Shown piece by piece: positions 37,801 to 48,205 of a stretch of 64,000 nt of DNA; position 1 is the stretch's first letter, and every line of letters begins with the position of its first letter. The DNA is from an uncultured Gemmataceae bacterium. Lineage in GTDB: Bacteria > Planctomycetota > Planctomycetia > Gemmatales > Gemmataceae. The stretch spans positions 576,001 through 640,000 of the forward strand of contig CAVVPN010000011.1 in the NCBI GenBank assembly GCA_963750165.1. Direction: 5' to 3'. Below the pieces are notes generated by a model. That model saw only the letters and a list, made by a program, of their open reading frames with translations, ran no database searches and was not told where the DNA came from. Position numbers and translations under genes: made by a program.

Positions 37801-38086
37801 GCGCTCGCAAGCTCGATAGTGGGACCACCGCCGCGTCCTGGCGCGACCCCCGGCTGCGCCGCCAGACCACCGCCAGAACAGGTTGACGAAGGACAGCACT
37901 TCAATCTCGGTTCCTCAGGAGTAAAGGAAGGTATTTGGATCGATCCGGATTTGCAAGCCGAGTTTGCCAATCCTGCCGTTGGAATCAGTGTTCCAGCGGG
38001 CTTCGGATGCGCCTTCCGAAGTCTCACGACTTCGGCTACAAAGACCACTACACCCCGCAAGGTCCGCGAACTGGTCGGAGGGCTTC

Positions 38087-38496
38087 ATGAACGACATCCT
38101 GGCCGTGGTGGAGACGGGCATTTACGCGGACGATCTGGACCAGGCGGCACACTTTTACCGTGACGTGCTTGGGCTGCCGCTGATCGCCCACGAGGCGGGG
38201 CGGCACGTGTTCTTCCGCGTCGGCGCTGCCAGCATGTTGCTGGTGTTCGCGCCGGCAAGCACGCTGAAGGGCGACCACCTGCCGGCGCATGGGCGCGCGG
38301 GCCAGGGCACTTCGCCCTCGGCATCCCGGCGGATGCGCTGGATTACTGGCGGCAGCGCTTGCGGGCGCACGGCGTCGCCATCGAGCAGGAGGTGGCGTGG
38401 CCGCGCGGCGGTCATTCGCTGTACTTCCGCGACCCGGCGGGCAACGCGGTGGAATTGCTGACGCCCGGGCTGTGGGGGTTGCCCTCGGGATGGTGA
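38087..38496 (+). CDS. VOC/glyoxalase family protein; apparent frameshift near 38292
   Basis: ETGIYADDL...FYRDVLGL. One added G gives HGARGPGHFA...WPRGGHSLYFRDPAGNAVEL. Confidence 0.85.
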
Positions 38497-38514
38497 CCGT
38501 CCGCCAACTCCGCT

Positions 38515-38901
38515 TCAGGCTGCTCGGGCGCGACCCAGCGATTGGTAGGCCATGATAAACAGGATCAACATAATACCGTCCACGATGGCGAACGGCTTGA
38601 ACAACAGCGGCAGGTCGGTGGTGACCCAGTAATAGCCGACGAGGCCGGTGTAGCTCAGTTTCAGCAGCACGCCAAAGGGAATGAGGTTGCGGTTGGACCG
38701 CGGCGCGGCCGCAACCGTGAGGAACATGACCCCGAAGATGACCAGCAGCAGGGCGCCAAACTCAATGTAGCCCCAGTGATTCGGAAAGGGGACGCCGGCT
38801 TCCTCGAACAGCTGCGGCCCCCAGCCGAGAAAGACCACGCCGATGACGCCATCATAAAGAGCCGCGACGAAAAACAGCAAACGCACCATCATCGTGGACA
38901 T
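38515..38901 (-). CDS. Small four-TM membrane protein
   Basis: MSTMMVRLLFFVAALYDGVIG..., with a GAGGA RBS. Confidence 0.75.
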   Translation of the reverse strand: MSTMMVRLLFFVAALYDGVIGVVFLGWGPQLFEEAGVPFPNHWGYIEFGALLLVIFGVMFLTVAAAPRSNRNLIPFGVLLKLSYTGLVGYYWVTTDLPLLFKPFAIVDGIMLILFIMAYQSLGRARAA

Positions 38902-39090
38902 GACACATCCTCCCCACCCAGGTTGTATTTCCGGCAGCGAATCGGTCCACGGCATTCTGGCCATCGCCTTGGGCAATTGCAAGCATCGAGTCGCTACCAG
39001 TGGGAGACGCGCGTTTGCTTGCCCGGCCTGTCCGGCGTGGGTAAAGTAACACCGTCCCTCAATCCTCTTCCTCTTGCGGAGCACCAGGCA

Positions 39091-39873
39091 ATGGCCGACC
39101 AGATTCCCCGCACGGTGAGCCGTGAATTGCAGTTCGCGCACGGCAAGGCCCTCGGCATCAGCAACCGCTGGCAGGGTGGGCAATACTGCTCCATTCTGAC
39201 GCCGGCGGGCATCGTCGGCTGTGGCATCTACGACCTGGAAACGCCGGCGGAGTTCGGCCAGGCCATCGCCATCGCCCGCGGCACTCCCGCCTGCCCCCTG
39301 ACCGAACCAGAGGACCTGTTCGACGCCCGTATCGTCGGCGTCACACCGCAGGCGGCCGCGTACGGCATCCACGTCGGCCTGACCGGCCGCGAAGCGGTCG
39401 AACTGCTGTTGCAGGCGTCGCCGCTCCCGGCGCCACGGCAGGAAGCGGCGCCGGCCGCCGGCATTCGCGTCAAGACCATCGACCATGTGACGCTGGTGGT
39501 GAAGGACCTGGAGCGATCGCGGGCGTTCTACGTGCGGACGCTGGGAATGCGGGAGGTGCCGCGGCCGGCGTTCTCGTTCGCGGGGCTGTGGTTCCAGGCG
39601 GGCGCGACGCAGGTTCACCTGATTTTGGAGTTCGCCGGCTCAGGGCCCGCGGGCAACCTGCTGCCGGCGGCCCAGCGCGGCAGTCGCACGCACCACCTCG
39701 CCTTCGCGGTAGAGGACGCCACGGCGGTCGCGGGGCGGCTGCGCGAACTCGGCGTCCCCGTCCTGAGCGGCCCGCAGCCACGGCCGGACGGTTACACGCA
39801 GGTGTTCGTCACCGACCCGGACGGCCACGTTATCGAGTTGTGTTCGGCCCCGCGATCAGATAAAACAGAGTAA
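39091..39873 (+). CDS. DUF1805 (YunC) - VOC fusion protein
   Basis: GIVGCGIYD...GLTGREAVE, then IDHVTLVV..LERSRAFY...DPDGHVIEL. Confidence 0.82.
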   Translation: MADQIPRTVSRELQFAHGKALGISNRWQGGQYCSILTPAGIVGCGIYDLETPAEFGQAIAIARGTPACPLTEPEDLFDARIVGVTPQAAAYGIHVGLTGREAVELLLQASPLPAPRQEAAPAAGIRVKTIDHVTLVVKDLERSRAFYVRTLGMREVPRPAFSFAGLWFQAGATQVHLILEFAGSGPAGNLLPAAQRGSRTHHLAFAVEDATAVAGRLRELGVPVLSGPQPRPDGYTQVFVTDPDGHVIELCSAPRSDKTE

Positions 39874-39908
39874 ATGTTTGGACTCACCACGTTATGCCGG
39901 GGGGCATC

Positions 39909-41237
39909 ATGTTGACGTTGGTTACGGGCAAGCAACGCTTCTGTGACGGCATGAGCCGGCGGTCGTTCCTGCAAATCGGCTCGCTGGCGCTGGGCGGCCT
40001 GAGTCTGCCGGGACTGCTCCAGGCCGAGCAGCACAGCGGCCGGGGGTCGCGGCGCTCGGTCATCATGGTCTACCTGTCGGGCGGCTTGTCCCACCACGAC
40101 TCCTTCGACCTGAAGCCGAACGCCCCGCGCGAGATTGCCGGCGAGTTCCGGCCCATTGCCACGCGCGTGCCGGGCATCCAGATCGGCGAGCTGCTGCCGC
40201 GTCTGGCCGGGATGATGGACAAACTGGCCATCGTCCGCTCCGTCGTTGGCCAGCGCGACGAGCACTCCAGCTTCCAGTCGCTGACGGGCTACACCATGGA
40301 CCTGGCCCGCCGGGAGGGCCGACCCAACGTCTGCTCGGTGATCGCCCGCACCCTGCGGCAGACGGCGCCGACCGTGCCCGCCTTCGTCGATCTGTTCCCG
40401 ACGATGCAGCACCGGCCGTACAACATCCCCGGCCCCGGGTTCGCCGGCCCGGCCTTCGCCGGCGCCAAGGTGGAGAACGACGGCCTGGGCGTCATGCGCC
40501 TGCGCGACCTGACCGTGGCGCAGTTTCAGGACCGCCGCCGGTTGCTGCAAGCGGTGGACGGCCTGCGCCGCGGTCTGGACAACGCCCAGGTCGAGCGCAT
40601 GAACACATCTTACCGGCAGGCTTTCGAGGTGCTGACGAGCAATCGGCTGGTGGAAGCGCTGGACGTGGGGCGCGAACCGCGGGCGGTCCGCGACCGCTAC
40701 GGCCACGGTTCGCCACGGCACCAGGGCGACGGGGCGCCGCTGTGGAACGATCAATTACTGGTGGCCCGGCGCCTGGTGGAGGCAGGGGTGCGCTGCGTCA
40801 CGGTGGCCTACGGCTTCTGGGACACGCACGGCCAGAACTTCCGCCACCTGCGCGGTAACCTGCCAGTGTTCGACCGCGGCATTTCGGCGCTGGTCGAGGA
40901 CCTGCACCAGCGCGGCCTGGACCGCGAGGTGACCGTGCTGGTCTGGGGTGAGTTCGGCCGCACGCCACGCATCAACCGCGACGCCGGCCGCGACCACTGG
41001 GCGCCGGTCAACTGCGCGTTGCTGGCGGGCGGCGGCATGCCCACCGGTCAGGTCGTCGGCGCCACCGACCGCTTCGGCGGCCACGCCACGGTGCGGCCGG
41101 TGCATTACCGTGACATCCTGGCCACGGTCTACCACAACCTCGGCATCGACCCGCACAGCCACCTCCGCGACCAGCTCAACCGTCCCGTGCCGATCATGCC
41201 CGAGGACGCACGGCCGGTGGCGGAACTGTGCTCCTGA
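39909..41237 (+). CDS. DUF1501 Tat-exported protein
   Basis: SRRSFL, GGLSHHDSFD, ARRLVEAGV, WDTH, GEFGRTP and GRDHW motifs. Confidence 0.92.
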   Translation: MLTLVTGKQRFCDGMSRRSFLQIGSLALGGLSLPGLLQAEQHSGRGSRRSVIMVYLSGGLSHHDSFDLKPNAPREIAGEFRPIATRVPGIQIGELLPRLAGMMDKLAIVRSVVGQRDEHSSFQSLTGYTMDLARREGRPNVCSVIARTLRQTAPTVPAFVDLFPTMQHRPYNIPGPGFAGPAFAGAKVENDGLGVMRLRDLTVAQFQDRRRLLQAVDGLRRGLDNAQVERMNTSYRQAFEVLTSNRLVEALDVGREPRAVRDRYGHGSPRHQGDGAPLWNDQLLVARRLVEAGVRCVTVAYGFWDTHGQNFRHLRGNLPVFDRGISALVEDLHQRGLDREVTVLVWGEFGRTPRINRDAGRDHWAPVNCALLAGGGMPTGQVVGATDRFGGHATVRPVHYRDILATVYHNLGIDPHSHLRDQLNRPVPIMPEDARPVAELCS

Positions 41238-41260
41238 CGCCGCTGCACTCCACGGCTGCT

Positions 41261-41328
41261 GGCAAACGGGAGGGATGAACCCCCCTGCTGGTGTGCGAAC
41301 CAACAGGGGTTCACCCCTCCCGCTTGCC
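41261..41328. repeat. Palindrome between convergent genes
   Basis: ggcaaacgggagggatgaacccc...ggggttcacccctcccgcttgcc. Confidence 0.75.
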
Positions 41329-41337
41329 CGTTACGGA

Positions 41338-41973
41338 TTACTTCACCTTCCCCAAACGATCGATGGCCTGTTTCATGGCGTTCAGGACGGCCGGTTCGCC
41401 GCCGACAAACACCTCGCGCACCTCCCCCTTGCGGTCGAGCAGCACCATCTGCGGCACCTGCTCGATCTGATAATCCGCCATCGCCTTGTCCGCTTCTTCC
41501 TTGTTCAACACCCACAGCCGGAATTTCAGCTTTTGCAGGGCCATGTATTCCTTGTACAGCTCCTTTTCCGCCTCCGGAGGAAGGGCGCCCTTGGCCAGGG
41601 TCATCTGCCGGCTGACGGGATTGAGCGTCAACTTCTGTTTGAACGCGCCGGCGTAGACGGTCACGCCAACCACGACCACGCCGCGGATCTCGAATTCTTT
41701 CTGCCAATCGTTCCACAATGGCAGACAGTTCACGCAGGTGGTGTTCCACAACGTACAGAAGTTCAGCACGACGACCTTGCCCTTCAACTCGGACAGTTTG
41801 GTTTCCTTGCCGTTGACGGCATAATCCGCCTGCAGGGGCGGCGCCGGCTGGCCGCGCAACTGTTCGGGGTTTTTCTTCTTGCCCTGCGGCGCGGCGGCCA
41901 CCGGAAGCAGCACCGCCGCCAGAACTAAAGCGGTCAGACCAAGCAGAACGGAGAACCGTTTGCACAAAACCAT
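41338..41973 (-). CDS. TlpA-family thiol-disulfide oxidoreductase
   Basis: Signal peptide, LKGKVVVLNF..W...CVNC and VPQMVLLDRKG. Confidence 0.85.
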   Translation of the reverse strand: MVLCKRFSVLLGLTALVLAAVLLPVAAAPQGKKKNPEQLRGQPAPPLQADYAVNGKETKLSELKGKVVVLNFCTLWNTTCVNCLPLWNDWQKEFEIRGVVVVGVTVYAGAFKQKLTLNPVSRQMTLAKGALPPEAEKELYKEYMALQKLKFRLWVLNKEEADKAMADYQIEQVPQMVLLDRKGEVREVFVGGEPAVLNAMKQAIDRLGKVK

Positions 41974-42150
41974 TGCAGACTCCGGGGAAATGAGTTGGGC
42001 ATGGTGAGCCGCTGCGGTCGGGGCGCCCCGAGCCGGCTTTCATTAGCATAGTCAATATAGCGGGGCCGACTCAACCGCCGAACGGGGAAAATGCTCTCCG
42101 TGCCTGGCCGAGCGCCCGCGCCACGATTTTTTTGGGCACAGTTTGCCCAA

Positions 42151-42253
42151 TTAGGTATCAGGCTTTAGTTATCCGGGTTCCAGTCCAGGTCTGAACTGTT
42201 GCCCGAGACTGCGACCCAGATAACTAATGCCTAATGCCTGATGCCCAATGCCT
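42151..42253. repeat. Inverted repeat with 7-nt tandem units (aatgcct)
   Basis: ttaggtatcaggctttagttatccgggt pairs with acccagataactaatgcctaatgcctga. Confidence 0.65.
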
Positions 42254-43993
42254 ATTTTTTCAAGTCATACGCGAAATCCACCCAGCCGATCATCATCTCC
42301 TCCCACGTCTGATCGCCCCAGGTCACCGCCTGCGATGGGTCGGGGTTGTTGGGATTGTCCTTCGAGTTGTCGAAGTGCGCGACGCAATGAATCTTGGTGC
42401 CCTTCGGCGTCGGCACCGGCTCGACGGGGCGGTAGACGCTCTGCCAGTTGAAGTCGAAACGCGGCACCGACAGCAGCGTTTGCTTGGTGCCATCGGGGTA
42501 AAGGGCGTAGTAGATGAAGTCCTTGCCGCGCAGATGCATGTGCGGCATGAAACCGACGATGTGGCCATCCTTCTGGCAAGTGTATTTCGCCTCCACCTGA
42601 TGATTCGCCGCACCGGCCGGGATGCGGAAGTAGGGGAAGAACACGGGGGCCGTCACGACCACCTTCGTCGGCGGCTGTTTGGCGAAAATCAAACCGATGG
42701 CGGAGCGGTCCTTCTGGGCCTTGCCGTTGGGCGTGTAGTGCATCTGGAAGACGAGCGTGGCACCCTTCGGCAGCAGCTTGGCCATGCCGGGTCGCAGGAT
42801 CAACGGCATGTCGCCGGGGGCGGTGCCCGACAGCGTGGACGTGAAGGATCCTTCCGGTGAGAACTTCTTGCCCTTCGGCACCACGAACACGATGATGTGA
42901 TGCACCACCGCCGGCGCCCCGGCTGCGACTCGGCCCGCTCCACCCAGCGATCCTCCGGGAAGTCCGTCTTCACGCTGAAGTATTGATAGGGGATGCCACC
43001 CTTCGGCGCCACCGCCGGCACCGCGTACTCGACCGGCATGTGCAGCACCACGTCTGGCTTGCCAATGCGCCAGCCGGGGACGTACTCCTTCGCCGGCGGC
43101 AGGTCTTTCTCATCGCCCCGGGGACAGCCCTGCTCGATCCAGGTGAGCAGCGTCTCGCGGTCCTCCTTCGACAGGCTGCGGTCATTGGAAAACTTACCGA
43201 ACCGCGGATCGGCATGCCACGGCGGCATACGGTTCTCCTGCACGACTTCCCGGATGGTTTCAGCCCAGGCACTGACGTCGCTGTAGGTCAGCAGCGCCAT
43301 CGGGCCGATGTGACCGGGGCGGTGGCATTCCTGGCAGCGGTTCTGCACGATGCGGCTGACGTGCTTCGCGTAGGTGACGGCGCCCTGTTTCGGCACACTG
43401 ACGCGGGCAATGTAGCAACCGGCGACGGTCGTGCTGGGCACGCTGACCTGCTTGCCGGCCAGCACCTCGTTGATGGCCTCGGCCAGATCGCGACGCGTCG
43501 GCTGGTTGCGCTGGTAGCCGATACCGAACTGATCGTCGATGCGGCCCTGGTAGCGTACCTTGCGTTCGCCGTCCAGCAGGACCGCCTCGGGCGTTCGCTT
43601 CGCACCCACGAGGTCCGCGACCTTGTTCAGTTCATCGCGCAACACCGGAAAGGCGAGCGCGTGTTTTTTCGCGTGCTCGGCGATGCGCGGCGGCGTGTCC
43701 TGGCGATTGGCGTTGACGGCCAGGAACTGCACGCCGCGCAGCGCGAACTCCTTGTGCAGTTCGTTCAGGCGCGGCAGGAAGAAGTTGTTGACCGGACACT
43801 CGGTGCCGACGAACACTAGCACAACCGCTTTTTTGTCCTTGAACTGGGCCAGCGAAACGGCCTTGCCCTGCGTGTCCTTCAACGTGAAGTCCGCGATGAC
43901 CTTGCCGGATGGTGGCTGAGTCGATCCCGAGCGCAGGATCAGCAGGCCGCCACAGAGCGCCACACCAACTAGCAGGGTACGATACCGCTTCAT
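42252..43993 (-). CDS. Redoxin + c-type heme (CxxCH) + copper type II monooxygenase-like protein; apparent frameshift near 42918
   Basis: ECPV, CQECH, MPPW, VHH, QMHY, PHMH and EEMM. One added base gives QPGAPAVVHH. Confidence 0.85.
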
Positions 43994-44013
43994 GAGTGCA
44001 ATCCTCCTCGCGT

Positions 44014-44104
44014 TTCACCACAAAGACACAAAGAGCACAAAGAAAAAAAGAGCCAGCACTTGCCTTCCGTTTTTCTTTTGTGCTCTTTGTGTCTTTGTGG
44101 TGAA
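44014..44104. repeat. Inverted repeat with 9-nt periodic arms
   Basis: ttcaccacaaagacacaaagagcacaaag and its near reverse complement. Confidence 0.85.
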
Positions 44105-44114
44105 TCCTTTGTTG

Positions 44115-44947
44115 CTACAACCCCGGCACCACCGTCACGGTCAACTCCAGTTCCTTGCCGGCGCGGCGCACCACCAGGACCGCCCGACTGCCGGGCGCAC
44201 ATGGCTGGCGGCCTGGTAGCAATCCAGGATGCTATCCGTCCAGCGGCCGTCGAGAGTCAGCAGCCGGTCGCCCTGCTTGAGTCCCGCGGCGGCGGCGGCA
44301 CTGCCCGGCAGCACCGCCGTCACGTCCACGCCGGCGTCCGTGTCCTTCGTCTCCTTGGCGATGCGGAAGCCCCACTGCCCCGCGGGCGCCACCACTGGCG
44401 GCGGCGCGTCCTTGGGCCGGTTCAGCACCGCCATCATCTTGTTCATCACGTTCGGCGGTTCGAACCGGGTCGGCACGAACGTCATCTCCTTCCGCTGGTA
44501 ATCGATCGTCATCCGGTAGCGGGCGAAGAACGACAGGCCAACGATGCCGTCAATGCCCTCGTCCTTGCTGAGAACCTCGGAAATCTTCTTGATGAGCGGG
44601 TGATCCATGACCATCGTCGGCAGGTTCTCCGCCTTGAGGTCGCCCATCGCAAATGTCTTGATCTTGTAGTTGCCCACGCCGGGGAACAACGGCATCACCG
44701 GCTTCTGTCCCTTCGGCACCACCTCGGTGCGGATCGCCAGATCGCGGCCCAGCAGCGTGTACGGCGCCCCCGTGTCGAAGATGAGCCGCACCGGCGGCTC
44801 GCCGTTGATCTTCACCTTGACGACCATGTGCCGCGTCTTCAGCATCTCGAACGGCACCTTGAACGTCTTGGCCGGGGGGTCGCCGGCGCGGGCCGCGGGC
44901 GCCAGCGCCGCCAGGAACAGGCCAGCCGTCAGCAGCAGATTCTTCAT
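44115..44947 (-). CDS. Secreted retropepsin-like aspartyl protease + PDZ; apparent frameshift near 44191
   Basis: IFDTGA, DGIVG and GSAAAAAGLKQGD. The corrected end reads VRPGSRAVLVVRRAGKELELTVTVVPGL*. Confidence 0.85.
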
Positions 44948-44949
44948 GG

Positions 44950-45819
44950 TTACAGGCCCTCCCCGGCGGTCAACGTGATCTGCACCGTCTTGCCGCCGCG
45001 CTCCACGGTCAGCATCAATTCCTGACCGGGCAGCAACTTGGCGGCCTGACGCAGGACTTCCTGGACTGTTTTCACCTGCTCGCCCTTGATCGCGGTGATG
45101 CGGTCGCCGGCCTTCAGGCCCGAGTCCGCGGCCGGACCTTTGGCCAACATCGCCTTGACCTGGACGGCTCCGTTGGCCTCTTTCAATTCGACGCCCAGGA
45201 AGCCGCGCGGCGTCGGTGGCGGCGGCGGTTTCATGCCCGTGAACTTGGCCATGCCCTGCATGAATTTGCCGACGTTGTCCAGGTCGTTGAGGGTTTTGTC
45301 CTTCTTGTCGAGGCCCAGTTTGATCGGCGCCGGCGGCTGGTAATTCAGCTTCGTCCAGACCATCTTGTCCCTGGTGAAGTCGATCTCCAGCTTGTAATGC
45401 GACAACACCGTGTAGCCGATCATGCCGTGCAGCTCCACGCCGGCCATGCCGAAGGCGTTCATACCCGTCAACTGGAACGGCGTCTCAACGTGGCACTGGA
45501 AGTCGCGCAGCACCGGGCCGCCCTCGATCTCCAGTTTGGAAATGGTGCCTGTCCCCTTTTTGTCCGCCTTCACCCCGGCCTTCTCGGCGATCGGGATGGA
45601 GACGTACAGCAGCGGCGCCCCGGTGTCCACGATGAAGTTGTACGGCCCCTTACCATTGATCTTGAGCCGCACCATGATGTGCTGCGAATCGGTCAGCCGA
45701 TAGGGGACGTGAAAGACCTTCCTGTCCTGAGCCTTGCCCTGGCCCTTGGGGGCCTGGGCGGCCAGGGGTGGTGCCAGGGCGATCAGCAGGGCGCCGCACA
45801 GCAGCCAGGGACATCGCAT
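44950..45819 (-). CDS. Secreted retropepsin-like aspartyl protease + PDZ
   Basis: IVDTGA, HGMIG, GFLGV and GPAADSGLKAGD motifs. Confidence 0.88.
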   Translation of the reverse strand: MRCPWLLCGALLIALAPPLAAQAPKGQGKAQDRKVFHVPYRLTDSQHIMVRLKINGKGPYNFIVDTGAPLLYVSIPIAEKAGVKADKKGTGTISKLEIEGGPVLRDFQCHVETPFQLTGMNAFGMAGVELHGMIGYTVLSHYKLEIDFTRDKMVWTKLNYQPPAPIKLGLDKKDKTLNDLDNVGKFMQGMAKFTGMKPPPPPTPRGFLGVELKEANGAVQVKAMLAKGPAADSGLKAGDRITAIKGEQVKTVQEVLRQAAKLLPGQELMLTVERGGKTVQITLTAGEGL

Positions 45820-45985
45820 ACGAAAACTCCGCGGGGTGTCGGGTTCAGAATGGACCGGTGCCGCAGGCGTGCGGCGATGGACTATTATAGCAGAAACGGT
45901 GAACCCACGGCGCGGGCCGTGGGTTCGGGAATATCGGCCTCCTGGGGTGAGTCGGGGCTGCTTGTTTTCTGCCGCTTGCGGCTTA

Positions 45986-46138
45986 GTGGTCCGTACCGCA
46001 ATTAACTGGAGGGTTGGGGGTGACGGCCTGGGACCGTAGGACGGCTCTCCAGAGCCGTCCCGCTCACCCCGGGACGGCTCTGGAGAGCCGTCCTACGAAC
46101 GATCTCGCAACCCTCCAGTTAATTGCGGTACGAACCAC
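45986..46138. mobile_element. 153-bp MITE with 31-bp TIRs and TTA duplication, inserted in a palindrome and carrying a REP
   Basis: TIRs at 45986-46016 and 46108-46138 (1 mismatch). TTA at 45983-45985 and 46139-46141. Confidence 0.8.
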
Positions 46139-46211
46139 TTAGCGCGCTGCAACCCTGCTGACGTCAGAAGGGTTGCAGCGCTAAGCCGCAAGCGGCAGAG
46201 GAAAGGTCCAC

Positions 46212-48113
46212 CTACTTCTTGTCCTTTTTCTTGAGCCCCGCCAGGAAGCTGACCGGCAAGCGCCCGCCGGGACGACCCGACGTGCCGCCAAGGAAGACAA
46301 AGCACATCTCATCGGTCGTCTGTTCGCCGAAGCGCACGTTGCGCGGCGGGTCGGACGGATTGTTCGGGTTGCTGGCGCTGTTGTTGTAGACGGCCTCAAT
46401 CTCGAAGCGCGTGCCGGCCTTGACCGTCAGCGGTTGCTTGAGGACGTAGGTTTCCTGCCAGTTGTAATCCCACTCCTTGATCGCCAGCAGGGTCTGCTTG
46501 CCGCCGTCCGGCGTGACCAGCGTCACCTTGATCTCCTTGCCAAGCATGTGCATGTGTGGCATCACCGAGTGCAGCTCGAAGTCGGCGCTGGCCGTGGCGG
46601 TGCCCTTGATCTGGAAGCGCTCCTGGCCGGCAGGGATCTTGTTGAACCAGGCCATCGTCACGCCGCCCTGATACCGGTGCGTGACCGGCTTTTTGGCGAA
46701 GTACAGGCCGATGGACGTGCGGTCCTTCTCGGCGCGGCCGTTGCGGTGATAGTGCATTTGCATGACCACGTCCGCGCCCTTGGGCAGGAAGATGCCGGAA
46801 CCCTCGGGCACGAAGCGCGGCAGCTGTCCGGGGGCCCAGCCGCCGATGCTCGCCTCGGGCAAAAAGCCGATACCCATGCCGGCCACGTAGCCAGGGCCCT
46901 TATCTAGTGCCGCGTGGCCGCCGGGCGGCGTCAACTTGATTTTGTTCTGATACTGCTCCTCCAGCTTGCTGGCGCGGCCCTTGGTGTCCACAAACAGCAG
47001 CGTGTGATGCACCACGCGCGGATTGCCCGGCCGCACCTCGACCGCCGCCACGTACTTGTCCTCCAGCAACTTCGTCGGCAGCACGAAGCAGCGGAAGTGG
47101 TCGGGGCCCGTGGGGCCGATCTGCATATCGTCGCAGACGGTCAGGATCAAATCAGGCTTGCCCAGCTGCCAGCCCTCCGGGAATTTGGCCGGCGGCGGCG
47201 CATCCTTGGGATTGCCCTCCGGCGTGTTGCCGTCCGCCCACGCGGCCAACGTGGCGATGTCCTTGTCGCTCAGGCGGCGGGCGTTGTGGAAGGCAACACC
47301 CTCGTCAATCTTCCAGGGCGGCATCTGCCGGGTGCGCGTGTATTCCTTGATGTCCGCGGCCCAGTTGACGGCCTGGCGATAGGACATCAGCGCGAACGGG
47401 CCGACCTCACCGGGGCGGTGGCACTGCTGGCAATTGGCCTGCAGGATCGGCAGCACGTCGCGGTAGTAGGTGACGGCGCCGGCCTTGGGCGCCGCCCTGG
47501 TTTCGCGGACGATGGCGCAGCCGACGGGCAAGGTCGCCGCCGTGGACACGGGCCGGCCGGAGACGATTTCGGCGAGCACCTGTTCCAGGTCGCGGCTGGT
47601 GATCTGCTGATTCTTCTTGAGGCGGGCGTAATAGCTGTTGTCGATGCGGCCGCGGTAGCGCAGCACGAAGTCGCCGTCGAGCACGAACGCCTCGGGGGTG
47701 ACCGCGGCCTTGAAGGCGTCCGTGGCGCGGAAGCCGGCGTCACGGAAGACCGGGAACTTGACGTTGTTTTCCTTGACGTGCTTCGCCACGTCTGCGGCGG
47801 TATCGTCCTGGTTGACGGTCAGGCCGACGAACGCCACGTCCTGCTTGCCGAACTCGGCTGCCAGGTCGTTCAGCGGCTGCGTGTAGCTGAGCGACACCGG
47901 GCAATCGAAGGAGAGGAACACGACCACGACGGCTTTCTTGCCCTTGAGGTCGTGCAGAGCAAGTTTCTTGCCGGCAGCGTCCTGCACGGTGAAGTTGGCG
48001 ATCTTCTTGCCAACCTGGGCGGTGCTCGGCTTGTCCTGCTCGCCGGCGCGGGCGCCGGTGGCGAGCAGCAGGCCGGCGAGCAGGGCCACGGTGGGGGCAG
48101 CGAATCGGTGCAT
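46212..48113 (-). CDS. Redoxin + c-type heme + copper type II monooxygenase-like protein (paralog of 42252)
   Basis: Signal peptide, DCPV, CQQCH, MPPW, VVHH, QMHY, PHMH and DEMC. Confidence 0.88.
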   Translation of the reverse strand: MHRFAAPTVALLAGLLLATGARAGEQDKPSTAQVGKKIANFTVQDAAGKKLALHDLKGKKAVVVVFLSFDCPVSLSYTQPLNDLAAEFGKQDVAFVGLTVNQDDTAADVAKHVKENNVKFPVFRDAGFRATDAFKAAVTPEAFVLDGDFVLRYRGRIDNSYYARLKKNQQITSRDLEQVLAEIVSGRPVSTAATLPVGCAIVRETRAAPKAGAVTYYRDVLPILQANCQQCHRPGEVGPFALMSYRQAVNWAADIKEYTRTRQMPPWKIDEGVAFHNARRLSDKDIATLAAWADGNTPEGNPKDAPPPAKFPEGWQLGKPDLILTVCDDMQIGPTGPDHFRCFVLPTKLLEDKYVAAVEVRPGNPRVVHHTLLFVDTKGRASKLEEQYQNKIKLTPPGGHAALDKGPGYVAGMGIGFLPEASIGGWAPGQLPRFVPEGSGIFLPKGADVVMQMHYHRNGRAEKDRTSIGLYFAKKPVTHRYQGGVTMAWFNKIPAGQERFQIKGTATASADFELHSVMPHMHMLGKEIKVTLVTPDGGKQTLLAIKEWDYNWQETYVLKQPLTVKAGTRFEIEAVYNNSASNPNNPSDPPRNVRFGEQTTDEMCFVFLGGTSGRPGGRLPVSFLAGLKKKDKK

Positions 48114-48205
48114 AAATGGCCTCGATGGGTTGGCTTCACGGTTCCGCGTTCTATGAGGATACTGCCGCGCCCGGCGCCGGGTTTCAAGGCCGAAGTGACA
48201 TTCCA

